64,000 nt of DNA from an uncultured delta proteobacterium (lineage in GTDB: Bacteria; Desulfobacterota; Desulfobacteria; Desulfobacterales; B30-G6), in assembly GCA_963701385.1 (NCBI GenBank), contig CAVOZW010000006.1:143798-207797 (forward strand), written 5' to 3'. The number at the start of each line of letters is the position of its first letter. Position 1 is the stretch's first letter. Below the pieces are notes generated by a model. It saw nothing but the letters and a program-made list of their open reading frames with translations. It was not told the DNA's origin and searched no databases. Positions 32,316-43,420 of this stretch are shown piece after piece. The translations under genes were made by a program, and so were the position numbers.

Positions 32316-32882
32316 TTACCAGTAAAAACCCACCAGCCCGGTCACCCCCCGCCGGTTGTCGTAATCGACCATAAAAACCAGCTGCCAGTCTAAGACCTCC
32401 GGAAAAAATCCCAGACCGACGCCGTACAGGGCGTTTGAGACGGTGTCCGAGGACGCTTCGTAATACCGGCCCGTGGCAGGCGATCGAACGATGTCGCTCT
32501 CCGTGACCACCGTGGCCCCGCCGATGAGGTTCAGGTACAGGTTGTCCACAAACATCCGGGTACCGATCTTGACATAGCCCCCCACCTCGGTTCCTTTGTA
32601 CTCGGTGCCGTCGTCCACGCAGCCGTCGTTGGGGCATTCCGATTCGATGGTGTTGTTTGGCAGTTTCTTGTCGCCGTAAGGAATGATCGGGAACCCCACC
32701 GCCAGCAGCAGCTCCAGGTCCCCCAGCTCGATGCCGAACTCGCCGGTTTCAAAGGAGACGTTCTCCTGCTCCCCTTCCCCACCGTACCCGCCGCCCGCTG
32801 CCAGGTATCCGGCAAGAGCAACGGGAGCAAAATCGACTGTCGACACGAACACGGCCAGTAGCGCTACAATTTTTAATCCCAT
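32316..32882 (-). CDS. Exported hypothetical protein, probable small outer-membrane beta-barrel
   Basis: Signal peptide, amphipathic strands, C-terminal VGFYW aromatic end. Confidence 0.6.
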   Translation of the reverse strand: MGLKIVALLAVFVSTVDFAPVALAGYLAAGGGYGGEGEQENVSFETGEFGIELGDLELLLAVGFPIIPYGDKKLPNNTIESECPNDGCVDDGTEYKGTEVGGYVKIGTRMFVDNLYLNLIGGATVVTESDIVRSPATGRYYEASSDTVSNALYGVGLGFFPEVLDWQLVFMVDYDNRRGVTGLVGFYW

Positions 32883-32967
32883 ATCTGCCTCAACTTTTTC
32901 TATGCGTTCATTGGATCCATGCTTTATCCTTCTATTTGAATGGATTCAATTTATATGATTTTTTTCA

Positions 32968-33235
32968 GACAGGATTAACCCGGTCCGATTTTCCGAACCT
33001 ACCGGGCAAGCAGGATTTTATTATTCTTTATCACTTTCCAGATGAAAGTAATAAAACCAAATCCGCTTCGCGGAAAACACTTCATGATCAGAGATTATCT
33101 GCCAATCCTGTTAATCCTATTAGACTCGAACATGTAGTTTTCAACGCGCTGTAAATCGTATTTTTCAGCGAACGCAATAGTCATGCCTGAAATTTCGACT
33201 GAAACTTAACTCCGGTCAATCCTGTTAATCCTGTC
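32968..33235. repeat. GACAGGATT...AATCCTGTC element
   Basis: Matches the 29121 copy; right end matches about 28115-28150. Confidence 0.88.
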
Positions 33236-33272
33236 TGATATTGAGCGGAAAACCCTAAACCGCTATCCCCTA

Positions 33273-35623
33273 TCAGCTATCCCCTATCAGTATGAGCTGA
33301 ATAAAGCATGTCGGCCAGTCATCCAGGTCCACCGTCGGCAGGTCCTCGTCCGCCGAAACCGTCACCACGGCGTCATCCGTGTCTTCAACGGCATCCCCCA
33401 CCCTGACCTTCAATTGAAAAGTCAAGCATTCACCCTCGTCCCCTCCCAGAGGTGTCACAAAGCTGGCCGTGGCGCTGTCGGCATCCTTTAAAACGACTGC
33501 CGGTCCATCCACTTGCGTCCAGGCGTATACGGCGATACCGTCTGGATCGTAGGTGCCGGACCCGTCCAGGGTTACCGCCAAGTCGGCCGACGCCTCGATG
33601 TCCGGGCCCGCATTGGCCATGGAAGGGTATGTCAAGGTCGACCCCACCGCAACGGGTGGCGTGGCCGCTGGGATGGCTTCGATGACCGGAAGATTAAAAT
33701 CCTCTCCTTTGTCGTAAATAAGATCGGCAATGGTCTCGGTATCCGTGGTACCCCACCAGTTGTCAGACAGAGTGAACTCCGGGTTCGGTGATACCGGGTG
33801 GCCAGCCGTATAGGTAGACGGCCAGTCCACCGTTTGTCGACACATCAAATTGGTTGGCGTTGACCTTGAGATCGTAACCGGCACTGGCGTCGGCGAGATT
33901 TATGGCTATGATGCCGGCAGTATCCTCCGCTACAGCGCAGCAGATTGCTTTGCACACTGACCAAGGCCTTGCGGTCCAGGTCAAAGGAGTTGAAGGCCGA
34001 TAGAAGCACGGTGCTGTCCTCTAGGATACAATCGGTCGGATCCAGGGATCTGAAAAGGGCCGGATAAGCTCACCAAAAATGGTGATGGTGACAGTGTCCT
34101 GTGCCTCAAGCCCCTGGTTGTCCACCACCGTCAGCGCAAACGTGAATGCTTCCGGATCTGCTCCTATTGCGGGTACGGAAAAGAAAGGACGCACCGTTTC
34201 AGCGTCTTCCAAGTTGACGCTGGAGCCTTCTGTTTGTATCCAGCTGTATGTTGCGATGCTGCCGTCCGGGTCAGACAGAAGGACCCGTCGAGTTCCACGG
34301 ACGTCTCCTGGAAAACAAAAAGATCCACACCCGCATCGGCAGTGGGTGGGATGTTGGTGTCAAAAACCAGAATATCCACGCTGTCGGTGGCCTCCAGACC
34401 TTCCGTGTCCGTCACCGATCACCTCAAAGGTGAAAACCTCTCCTTCAGGCGCAAGCAGGGGTGCCGAGAAAGTGGGGTGGATCACCTGGTCATCGCTCAG
34501 CGTAACATCACGTGCCGGCGGTCTGCGTCCACAGATAGCCGCAATACCCTTGTCCGGGTCAAAGGATCCCACGGCGCTGAGCTGCACTTCCGCGCCGATC
34601 TCTACGGCCTGGTCGGCCCCGGCGCTGGCCACTGGCGGTATGTTGGTGCCGATCACGAGGATTTCCACCGATTCGCGTGTCGGTCAAACCGTCGTCGTCT
34701 GTTACGCTTAGATCAAAAACAATGGTTTCTGTAGCAGCGCCCACGATGGGTGCGGTAAAGGTACCAAAAGGTGAATGGGGATCTTCCAGGTCCACGACGG
34801 TCCTGCCGTTTGCGTCCATGTGTAGGCGGCGATACCGTTGTCTGTGTCTACCAGATCCATGCGAAGGTTCATCGCGGCGCCGATCAGTTGCGGGAGCATC
34901 ATTGATTATGGTGTTGCTTTGCACCACGATGTCGTTTGAACTGGTGCGAATATCCATACCCTGGGCATTGTCGATGAGGAAGTTGTTTTGAATGAGCGCG
35001 CCCTCGAGGTTTAGACGGATGCCAACGGCGTGGTTGTGGATCCGGTTGGACAAAATCTGCAACCGTCCACTCAGGGTCTGGGCCAAAAGGATGTCGGTGG
35101 CTGAAATGCCGACGCTGCTGCCGTAACGAATCGTGTTATTACGGATCATGGGTTGAGCCGAAAAAGTCTGAACACAGGCGGCACCGTAGGACGTGGTGTT
35201 GCCAGCGTATTCAATGACGCAGTTATCCAGAATGCAACCGGATGATGTACTGTCGTCCCAATCCTTGCTCGAATCCATAAAGAGAAGGCCCCCCCAGGGG
35301 GAAAGTCGGTCTACTGCAGTAAAAATAATGGGGTCGTCCACGGTGCCCTGTGCATTTAGGGTGCCCTCCACCAAAAGGAAGGAGCCTTCGGCAGCATTTA
35401 CATTGCGCTGGAAACGCACGGTCACACCCGGCTCGATGGTCAACGTGGCCTCTTCGGACACCCGGATATTGCCGACAACCCGATAGGGGCTCTCGGAAAG
35501 CGTCCAAGTGGTGTCTGTGTCGATGATACCGCTCACATTGGCGGCTGAAGCCGGACGGGAGACAAACAAAAGGATGTAAAAAATCGTCAAAAGAAGGCAC
35601 AAACCGAATCTGCATCGAAACAT
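33273..35623 (-). CDS. Secreted beta-helix plus PKD/REJ-like repeat protein with CF tail (several frameshifts)
   Basis: Signal peptide; DTTWT..SPY, LTIEPGVTV, GT.DDPIIFT; repeated PP.A.AG.D..V.L.G..S.DPDG; ends TCFIQLILIGDS. Confidence 0.8.
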
Positions 35624-35951
35624 AGAAATACCTCAGTTCGTCTTGATTAAGCGTTTGGGAGGTTTGTTAGAACCTTGGCTGAAGTTTGCATATCTTATAT
35701 TTAATTTGAACGATTATCAAGTTTGAATTCTATCAAGGCAAAGGGAGATGTTGACATTAGGCACTTTTGCGTCTCGGTATATAGCGTATCGTTGGGTGAT
35801 CGTTTTGAAAAATGGCTAAGTCCGAAAATTTCACGCTCCTATTGATTGTCCAGTTTCATGGGTTATATGAGCTATGACCTATAACCTAAATTTACTATGT
35901 ATATCAATTTTTCAAAGAACGTCCATCGTCTCCAATTCATCGTTGATCAAG

Positions 35952-35971
35952 TGGTATCAATGATGATACCA
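35952..35971. promoter_or_regulatory. Perfect palindrome, probable HicB operator
   Basis: TGGTATCA-atga-TGATACCA ending 7 bp before the hicA ATG. Confidence 0.65.
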
Positions 35972-35978
35972 TGTTTTC

Positions 35979-36173
35979 ATGCCCAGAAAGATTAGAGAAC
36001 TGATTAAGGAACTTGAACAGGCTGGATTCTTCAACCGGGGCGGTAAGGGAAATCACCGGAACTTCATTCACCCAAAAGGCATTGTGATTACGATTTCTGG
36101 AAAAACGGGTGAAGATGCCAAGCACTATCAGGAAAAAGAAGTGAAGTATAAAATCGAGGAGTCTCAAAAATGA
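35979..36173 (+). CDS. hicA: HicA family toxin
   Basis: 64 aa; ELIK.L..AGF..GKGNHR.F.HP. Confidence 0.9.
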   Translation: MPRKIRELIKELEQAGFFNRGGKGNHRNFIHPKGIVITISGKTGEDAKHYQEKEVKYKIEESQK

Positions 36174-36502
36174 AAGAAAGAGATCGCTATTTGAAGATTG
36201 TAGAATGGTCGGAGGAAGACCAATGCTATGTTGGCTCAGTGCCTGGCTGGATTGGCAAATGCTGCCATGGGGATAATGAGGAGCGCGTTTATCGTGATCT
36301 ATGCAAAATCGTCGATGAATGGATTGAAATTTATAAAAAAGAAGGCATGCCCCCTCCTGCAGCAACAGCAGGCAAAAAATACTCCGGGAAATTTCATCTT
36401 CGAATCGGCTGTGAGTTGCATCAAGCCCTCGCAATCCGCGCCATGCAAACAGGAAACAGCTTGAACAATCTTTGTATAAAATTAATAAAAAACTGTCTTT
36501 AA
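36170..36502 (+). CDS. hicB: HicB family antitoxin
   Basis: WSEEDQCYVG, HG, YSGKF.LRI..LH..LA..A...SLN; ATGA overlap with hicA. Confidence 0.9.
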   Translation: MKERDRYLKIVEWSEEDQCYVGSVPGWIGKCCHGDNEERVYRDLCKIVDEWIEIYKKEGMPPPAATAGKKYSGKFHLRIGCELHQALAIRAMQTGNSLNNLCIKLIKNCL

Positions 36503-36622
36503 TTTTGGCCCTGTTCGGCATTACGCTACGTATACTTGGCCTTATTTTTTAGCAATGCTATTGTTGTTTATGCGGATATTTAGCGATAGCGATCGGAGGT
36601 GTCAATGTTATTGGAAAGAATT

Positions 36623-36705
36623 TTGAACCGCAAAAGCGAGCGCATTCCCCGTGGGTTCTGCCGCACGGCAGAACATTCCCCACTGCTTGCGGCGGGGAGC
36701 TTCAA
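36623..36705 (-). repeat. TTGAA...TTCAA element, shorter inverted variant with an inner palindrome
   Basis: ttgaaccgcaaaagcgagcgcattcccc is the reverse complement of the end of the 16590 copy; inner gttctgccgcacggcagaac. Confidence 0.8.
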
Positions 36706-36778
36706 ATATCAATTTTTCAAGGAATGTCCCCTTCTACTATCCTACGATAAAAGGTCAAATGTAGACTTGACCCCTTTT

Positions 36779-37163
36779 TTACCACAGGCACGATACGCCA
36801 TAGGATTCAAACAGGTGATCCTTGGTGATCACCGTCAGTCTTTCTTTCAAGGCTTCGGCTATGATTAGACGATCAAAGGGATCACGGTGAATCAGCGGAA
36901 GGGTCACGGCCGAAATGGCGGTGGTGAAACCAATCGGAATGGGCATAATGCTTAGCATCTGCATGGCTTCAGGTATGAATCGGTTGGGTATATCCGGTAG
37001 TTGAACACGATTGAGACGCTGGAGCATAGCAATCTCCCAAGCACTGGCGGCGCTCAAACCAAGTTGATACCTTTTCTCAACAACAAGCTCTCGCACGCGT
37101 GTCGATAGTGATTGCGGATTTCCAGCCATCCACAGGAATGTGTGTGTCAAGAAGATAATGCAT
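36779..37163 (-). CDS. vapC: PIN-domain VapC toxin (frameshift near 37140)
   Basis: MHYLLDTH.FLW, SAASAWEIA, HRDPFDRLIIA. Confidence 0.9.
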
Positions 37164-37407
37164 CGTCTTCTGCTCCCGGCCAGAAATCGTCGATAATTCG
37201 ATCAGGAAGGGGGGATTCAAGATCGTGATTGAATTGTATTTTCCCGGCATATTTACCCAGTTGTCTCTTTTCGCCAGGCTCCACGACCGGAACAAGTTTC
37301 ACCAGCGGCCGCCCGGATTTGGCAATAATGACTTCATCCCCTCCTAGCACTGCCGGAATGAGTTTGGAAAGTTTTGTTTTTGCTTCGTGAATGCCGATTT
37401 TCATCAT
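37147..37407 (-). CDS. Phd/YefM family antitoxin
   Basis: IHEAKTKLSKLI..G.EVIIAK.G.P.VKLVP. Confidence 0.9.
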   Translation of the reverse strand: MMKIGIHEAKTKLSKLIPAVLGGDEVIIAKSGRPLVKLVPVVEPGEKRQLGKYAGKIQFNHDLESPLPDRIIDDFWPGAEDDALSS

Positions 37408-37445
37408 TTCTCCTCGTTAAGATGGATAAATTCATCTGACAATTT

Positions 37446-37474
37446 AATTAGTTTAGTTGTAAACTAAGCTAATT
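37446..37474. promoter_or_regulatory. Inverted repeat upstream of phd-vapC, probable operator
   Basis: aattagtttagttgtaaactaagctaatt. Confidence 0.55.
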
Positions 37475-37602
37475 TTTTTGATTTGTCGAGCAGGCTTTGT
37501 AATAAAGACGAAGTGGTATTGGAATGGATATTGGAAACTACCGCAAGCAATAGTCAAATGTAGATTTGACCCCTTTTCTCGTGGCATAGGCGTGGATTGT
37601 TA

Positions 37603-38001
37603 TTATACCCAATTATCGATTTTTAGGTTCGGTGTTCGAATAAACTCTTTTTCGTTGTTGGTGACCAGCGTACAATCGATCGAAAGTGCGTGGGCGGCGA
37701 TTAGCATATCGAGAGACCCAATAGGCGTACCCTTCTTTTCTAAATGGGCCCTAAGGTCGCCATAATATTGGGCGGCTTCATCGCCATAGGGCAATATTTC
37801 CAGTGGCGCAACAAACTGGGTTAAAGCCATTTGATTCTGTTCAGGCTTTGAACTTTTTGAAACACCATATAAAAGTTCGCTCAGTGTGATTGACGAGATA
37901 CCGATTTGTGAAATCTCAGTCTGGCAAAAACGTTCTATTACATCGGGTGGTTTTCGCTTAATGATATAAATACAAATATTTGTATCAAACATGAATTCCA
38001 T
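37603..38001 (-). CDS. vapC: VapC toxin (tRNA-fMet endonuclease-like)
   Basis: DTNICIY, SSITLSEL.YG, PIG.LDMLIAAHA, LVTNN.KEF. Confidence 0.93.
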   Translation of the reverse strand: MEFMFDTNICIYIIKRKPPDVIERFCQTEISQIGISSITLSELLYGVSKSSKPEQNQMALTQFVAPLEILPYGDEAAQYYGDLRAHLEKKGTPIGSLDMLIAAHALSIDCTLVTNNEKEFIRTPNLKIDNWV

Positions 38002-38228
38002 TAGAAATTTTCCCGTGAATCCTGCTTGGGTTGATCTCTGCTATCCATAAAGTCATCGGTAAACTGATCCAGGCTATTGACTAATGAGGACCATGGATCA
38101 TCTTTTGGCAAAAGGACAACCATTTTGCCGATTTTTTTTATAAAAACATCATTGCCAGAAAATCTGAAATCTTTTGGCAACCTTACAGCTTGGCTTCGAC
38201 CATTAGTGAATATTTTTGCAGTTTGCAT
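38001..38228 (-). CDS. vapB: VapB antitoxin (AbrB fold)
   Basis: AKIF.NGRSQAVRLPK.FRF. Confidence 0.93.
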   Translation of the reverse strand: MQTAKIFTNGRSQAVRLPKDFRFSGNDVFIKKIGKMVVLLPKDDPWSSLVNSLDQFTDDFMDSRDQPKQDSRENF

Positions 38229-38339
38229 GACATACTCCTACGTTGCGTTGATAGATACCAGAGTATATATCATGGTGTGCGGAATGTCAAGAATCGTTTT
38301 TCAAAGGAGGATCCCAAATGTCAACTTATAATATGATAT

Positions 38340-38495
38340 CGCCCTATCAGCTATCATTCATTCAAAACTCAAAACTCAAAATTAAAAATTCTCTCACCCC
38401 CAGCATCCCAGCTATCACCTATGAGCTATCTCCTATGAGCTATCTCCTATGAGCTATGAGCTATGAGCTATTATCAGCTATCCCCTATGAGCTGA
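38340..38495. repeat. AGCTATG/CCTATGA 7-mer array with TTCAAAA and CCCAGCAT blocks
   Basis: cctatgagctatctcctatgagctatctcctatgagctatgagctatgagcta; overlaps the stop of the gene ending at 38474. Confidence 0.85.
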
Positions 38496-41400
38496 ACAAA
38501 GCAGCCGCTGCTGCCCGAGCCTTCAGGTGTTGTGCCGGCAGGTGGCACAAGGGGTGGATCGATCGGCAATTCGATGTTGCTTGTGCCGGAATCCAGTTGG
38601 AAGGTGTATTCCGGCGATGGGTTTTGATCATCCTCAACGATGTCATGGCTGTTTCCGGAGGCATCCACCGAAGCGACTCCGGACGAAATACGGTACATCC
38701 ATCTCGATGTTGGTGAGTATCACGCGGTGCTCGCGGGTCAGTTCAGAATTGTTTTCGCTGTAGTCATAGTCCCCCCATTCCTGGCTGGAGGTGCCATAGC
38801 TTACCTGGCTGTTTCCGGGCTCGCTGGTCTCCCATTCAAGCAGCACGGCTTTTTCAGCTTCATCCAATTCGATGCTGACCTGGGAAATCTGGGGCGCGTC
38901 CTGATCCGGTGACGTGTCGGTGGTAAAGGAAAGTTCTTCGAATGGGTTGGCCGTGTCTACGTCGGAAAAGGGACCATTTCCGTGGGCATCGGTGGATGCC
39001 ACACGATAAAAATAGCTTGTTTCCGGTTGCAGGCCCGTAATCGTCACATGATGTGTGGTCGTCATTTCGGAATCGTTGGCACAGTGTGCATAGTCGCCCC
39101 AGGCCTGGCTGGAGACATCGAACTGCACCAGGCTGTTGCCGGGCTCATCCGTTTCCCAATAGATAAGGGCGGTTGAGTCGGTCAGGTGCATGATTTCGAC
39201 GTTCAAGATGACCGGGGGCGCTTCATCCGCCACAGCGCTTGTCAGGAAATGATCTACGACTGGACGGGTTGTTGGCAGTATCGTTTACACCGGGACCGTT
39301 TCCAGCCACATCCATGGAACCCACAACAAAGGCATAACGCGTGCTTGGCTAAGAGCCCTGAAAGGGTAACCAGGTGTGTTTTTACCATGGCCATGTCTTG
39401 AATACTGTGCGTAAATGCGCCCCATTCGGCATCGGCCAGGCCATACTGCACCTCGCTGGTGCTGGGTTCATCCGTCTCCCACACGATAACCGCTGTCGCA
39501 TTGTCGATATTGAGCACCTGGGGATTGTCGATTATTCTGGGCGGCGTATCATCGGGTGGCAGTGCGGCTATAAAACTTTGCTCGGCAAAGGGGTTGTTGG
39601 TCTCTGCAGGATCGGAACTGGGGCCATTGCCGAAGGCGTCGGTGGATCCAACCCGAAAATAGTAGCGCTGGCCTTGCAGGAGATCTGTCAAAATAACCGT
39701 TTGATTTTTCGATAATTCATCGCTCATACTGACGTGGGTGTATTGGTCCCATGTGCTACTGAATCTTCCGTATCGCACCTCGCCGATGCTGGCCTCGTCG
39801 GTTTTCCAGGCGATGGCGACGGAGATCGTATCCGCTTCGTTGGCCGCCAAGGCCCTGATAGCGCTGTCGAGGGTCCCGGGTTGGTCGGGGGGGCTGGGCA
39901 CAAACATCAAGACGACCGTCGGCGGCGAGGTGGTGGTGGGCTCCGCCTCATCCGGCATCGGTTCTGTATTGAAAGCCTGCTCCGCTGAAATCGCTGGGCC
40001 GTTGGCCACACTGTCCCAGGAGCCCACCCGGAAAAAGTAGGCTGTATCCGGAGTCAAATCCGTCAATGTCACGACATGCCGGATGGCCAACTGGGTGTCG
40101 TTTGCCGCGTATGAATAGATGTCCCAATCGCCCGCTACGGTGTCGAATTGCACCTGGCTGTCACTGACCTCATGGGTGGACCACTCGATGGTGGCGGTGG
40201 TGTCGCTTTGATCGGTCACGGTGGGCCATGCATATGAACTGCGGGGGCGACGTGTCGATACCCGACAGGGTTGTAAAACGATACTCATCTGATATCACTT
40301 GGTTTCCAGATGTGTCGGTAGCGGCAAAGCGGTAAAAATATTCCGTGTCTGCGATGAGACCCGTCAGTACCAAGGTGTGCGTCGTCACAAACGCATCGCT
40401 GCTTTGATGCAGGCTATAATTGTCCCAACTGCTGCTGTAGATGTCATAGCGGACGTCGCTGTCACTTTCTTCATTCGTTGTCCACTGAATCACGGCACTG
40501 TTTTGGGTAATATGTGATTTGCTGGACGACATAATACCTGGCGGCGTTGTGTCGGTCTCCGGTGGTGGCGGCGTTACCGGCGCCGGATTTGTCGTAAAGG
40601 AAAACTCACCCGATATCACGGCATTTCCGGCCGCATCGCTGGATCTGACCTGACAAAAATAGGTCGTATCCGCTGACAACCCGGTGATCGTCATACTGTG
40701 GTTGGTCACCAGGCTGGTGGCAACTTGTTGGCTGGCATAGTCGCTCCAGGCGCTGCTGTCCGACATCATAGCGGATCTCGCTGTCGCTAACTTCGTTGGT
40801 GCGCCAATATACGTGGCGGAATTGGATTCGATCGCCGTTGCCGAAGGCAGGATCGTCAATATCCGGCGCCGTGGTGTCTTGTTCCGGGGGCGGTGGGCTG
40901 TCGGGTGCCTCATCGGTGGTAAAGATAACCTCATCCGAGGTCACGGCATTTCCGGCCGCATCCCGTGATCTGACGCTGTAATAATAGGTCGTGCCCGGCG
41001 ACAAACCGGTGAGGGTCATGCTGTGGTTGGTTACCAGGCTTCCGGCCGTTTGTCGGTTGGCATAGGCACTCCAGGTGTTGCTGCTGACATCATAGCGGAT
41101 CTCGCTGTCGCTGACTTCGTTGGTGCGCCAATAAATGGTGGCACTATCGACGTCGACATGGCTTGCTGAAGGCTGGACCGTAAACTGCGGCGCCGTGGTG
41201 TCAGGATCCTTGAGGGTGGTAAAATAACGTTCATTGAACGTCACCGTATTGCCGGCGGCATCGCTTGAGCGCACCCGGTAATAGTAGGTCGTATTCGACA
41301 ACAGACCGGTCAAGGCAATGCTGTGGTTCTTGACAAAACTCGAAGACGTTTTTGTGTGCTCATAACTTCCCCAGGTGGTGCTATTGACACCATATTGCAC

Positions 41401-42835
41401 GACACTGTCACTATTTTCATTCGTTGTCCACTGAATCACGGCCCCGCTTTGGGTAATATTGATTGACACTGTACGAGGTGATCACCGGTGCGGTGGTGTC
41501 CGGCGGCGGGGGCGGTGGTGTCTCATCCGTGCTAAACGAAAACTCACCCGAGGTCACGGCATTTCCGGCCGCATCGCTGGACCGGACCCGAAAATAATAG
41601 GTCGTACCCGCTGACAGGCTGCTTAGGGCAATGCTGTGGCTGGTGACAAGACTTGCGGACGTTTTTGTGTTGCTGTAATTTCCCCAGCTCGTGCTGGTGA
41701 CACCGTACTGCACCACACTGTCGCTGGCTTCGTCCGTTCGCCAGGTGATGCTGGCGCTGGTTTCACCCACACTGCCTGCCGCGGGCGGGACCGTGATCAC
41801 CGGTGCGGTGGTGTCCGGCGGCGGGGGCGGTGGTGTCTCATCCGTGGTCAACGAAAACTCACCCGAGGTCACGGCATTTCCGGCCGCATCGCTGGACCTG
41901 ACCCGAAAATAATAGGTCGTACCCGCTGACAGGCTGCTTAGGGCAATGCTGTGGTTGGTGACAAGACTCGCAGACGTTTTTGTGTTGCCGTAATTTCCCC
42001 AGCTGGTGCTGTTGACACCGTATTGCACCACACTGTCGCTGGCTTCGTCTGTTCGCCACGGTGATGGTGGCGCTGAGTTTCACCCACACTGCCTGCCGCA
42101 GGCGGGACCGTGATCACCGGTGCGGTGGTGTCCGGCGGCGGGGGCGGTGGTGTCTCATCCGTGGTAAACGAAAACTCACCCGAGGTCACGGCATTTCCGG
42201 CCGCATCGCTGGACCGGACCCGATAATAATAGGTCGTACCCGCTGACAGGCTGCTTAGGGCAATGCTGTGGTTGGTGACAAGACTTGCGGACGTTTTTGT
42301 GTTGCCGTAATTTCCCCAGCTGGCACTGTTGACACCGTACTGCACGACACTGTCGCTGGCTTCGTCCGTTCGCCAGGTGATGCTGGCACTGGTTTCACCC
42401 ACACTGCCTGCCGCAGGCGGGACCGTGATCACCGGTGCGGTGGTGTCCGGCGCTGGCGGCGGGGGCGGGACAGGCGCATCACCCGTGGTAATTTCTACTG
42501 AATCGTCACTTTCATTACCCTGGTTGTCCACGGCGGTGCACACAAAAAAATAGTCTTGATCTTGGATTGATATCGGGGATGCTGATGGTCCACTGCGGGT
42601 TGCTAGGATCGGATAGACTGTCGACAGGGATGTGTTTTCTGGCCGATGCGCTGAAATTACCGGACGACGTGCTCCAATAAATCCGGTATGCAACCACTTG
42701 GTCGTTGGGATGATTCGCATCCCATTTGAAGCTGTAGTCGGCGGAGAAAGCAAATGGCACCAGTCCGAATAAAATGAATACAAGCCATACCGAACGTAGT
42801 GGCTAGACTTAAATAGCGTATAAATAGCGTGTCAT
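38474..42835 (-). CDS. Large secreted FN3 / purple-acid-phosphatase-N-like repeat protein (about 12 repeats) with CF tail; multiple frameshifts, start approximate
   Basis: Repeated I.W.TDE.S.S.V.YG...W..Y...H...L..L...T.YY.RV.S.DA.GN across ORFs 41938, 41417, 40606, 40170, 39254, 38643; ends GSSGCFVQLIGDS. Confidence 0.85.
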
Positions 42836-43420
42836 TGCATTTCCAATAATATCATATGGGTTTAACGTAAGGAGATAACAGAAATCACAATCCAATCGTT
42901 CATCTCGTAAAGAGTCGAACTTACGTGCAGGAGTGCCAGCATAACTCTTTCAGATGACAACGTTAGATGGCCGTTTCATCATCAACACGAATGAACGATT
43001 GGCTTTAGGGGGTGTTGCGACTCGAAAATAATTTTTCCCTTATTAACGATATTTTTAACCGTTGTGTCAATGGAATAATCCCTCTATTCCATAAAAAAAG
43101 CCCTGTCTTGAATCGACAGAGCTTTATATTTATATTTCTAACTATATTTATAGCTTATCTTATTATTTCAATCCGTTTTATTAAAGAAAAATCAACACTT
43201 CAAATCTGCTATCTCCTTAATATTGCTTCGTTTCCAAAATATCAATTTTCCAAAGAACGTCCCCACCAATAATGAAGATGATTTCACCGGGGTTAAACCT
43301 GCCTCCATCAGCTATGAACTGTTGTGAACTCAAAATTAAAAATTTAAAATTCAAAATTGAATATCACTCCGGCTTCCTACCACCTATCACGCTATCAGCT
43401 ATCAGCTATCAGCTATCAGC

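Noticed and set aside
42925-42945. Sigma-54 promoter TGGCAC on the minus strand
   Set aside because: The GC is not at the required GG-N10-GC spacing
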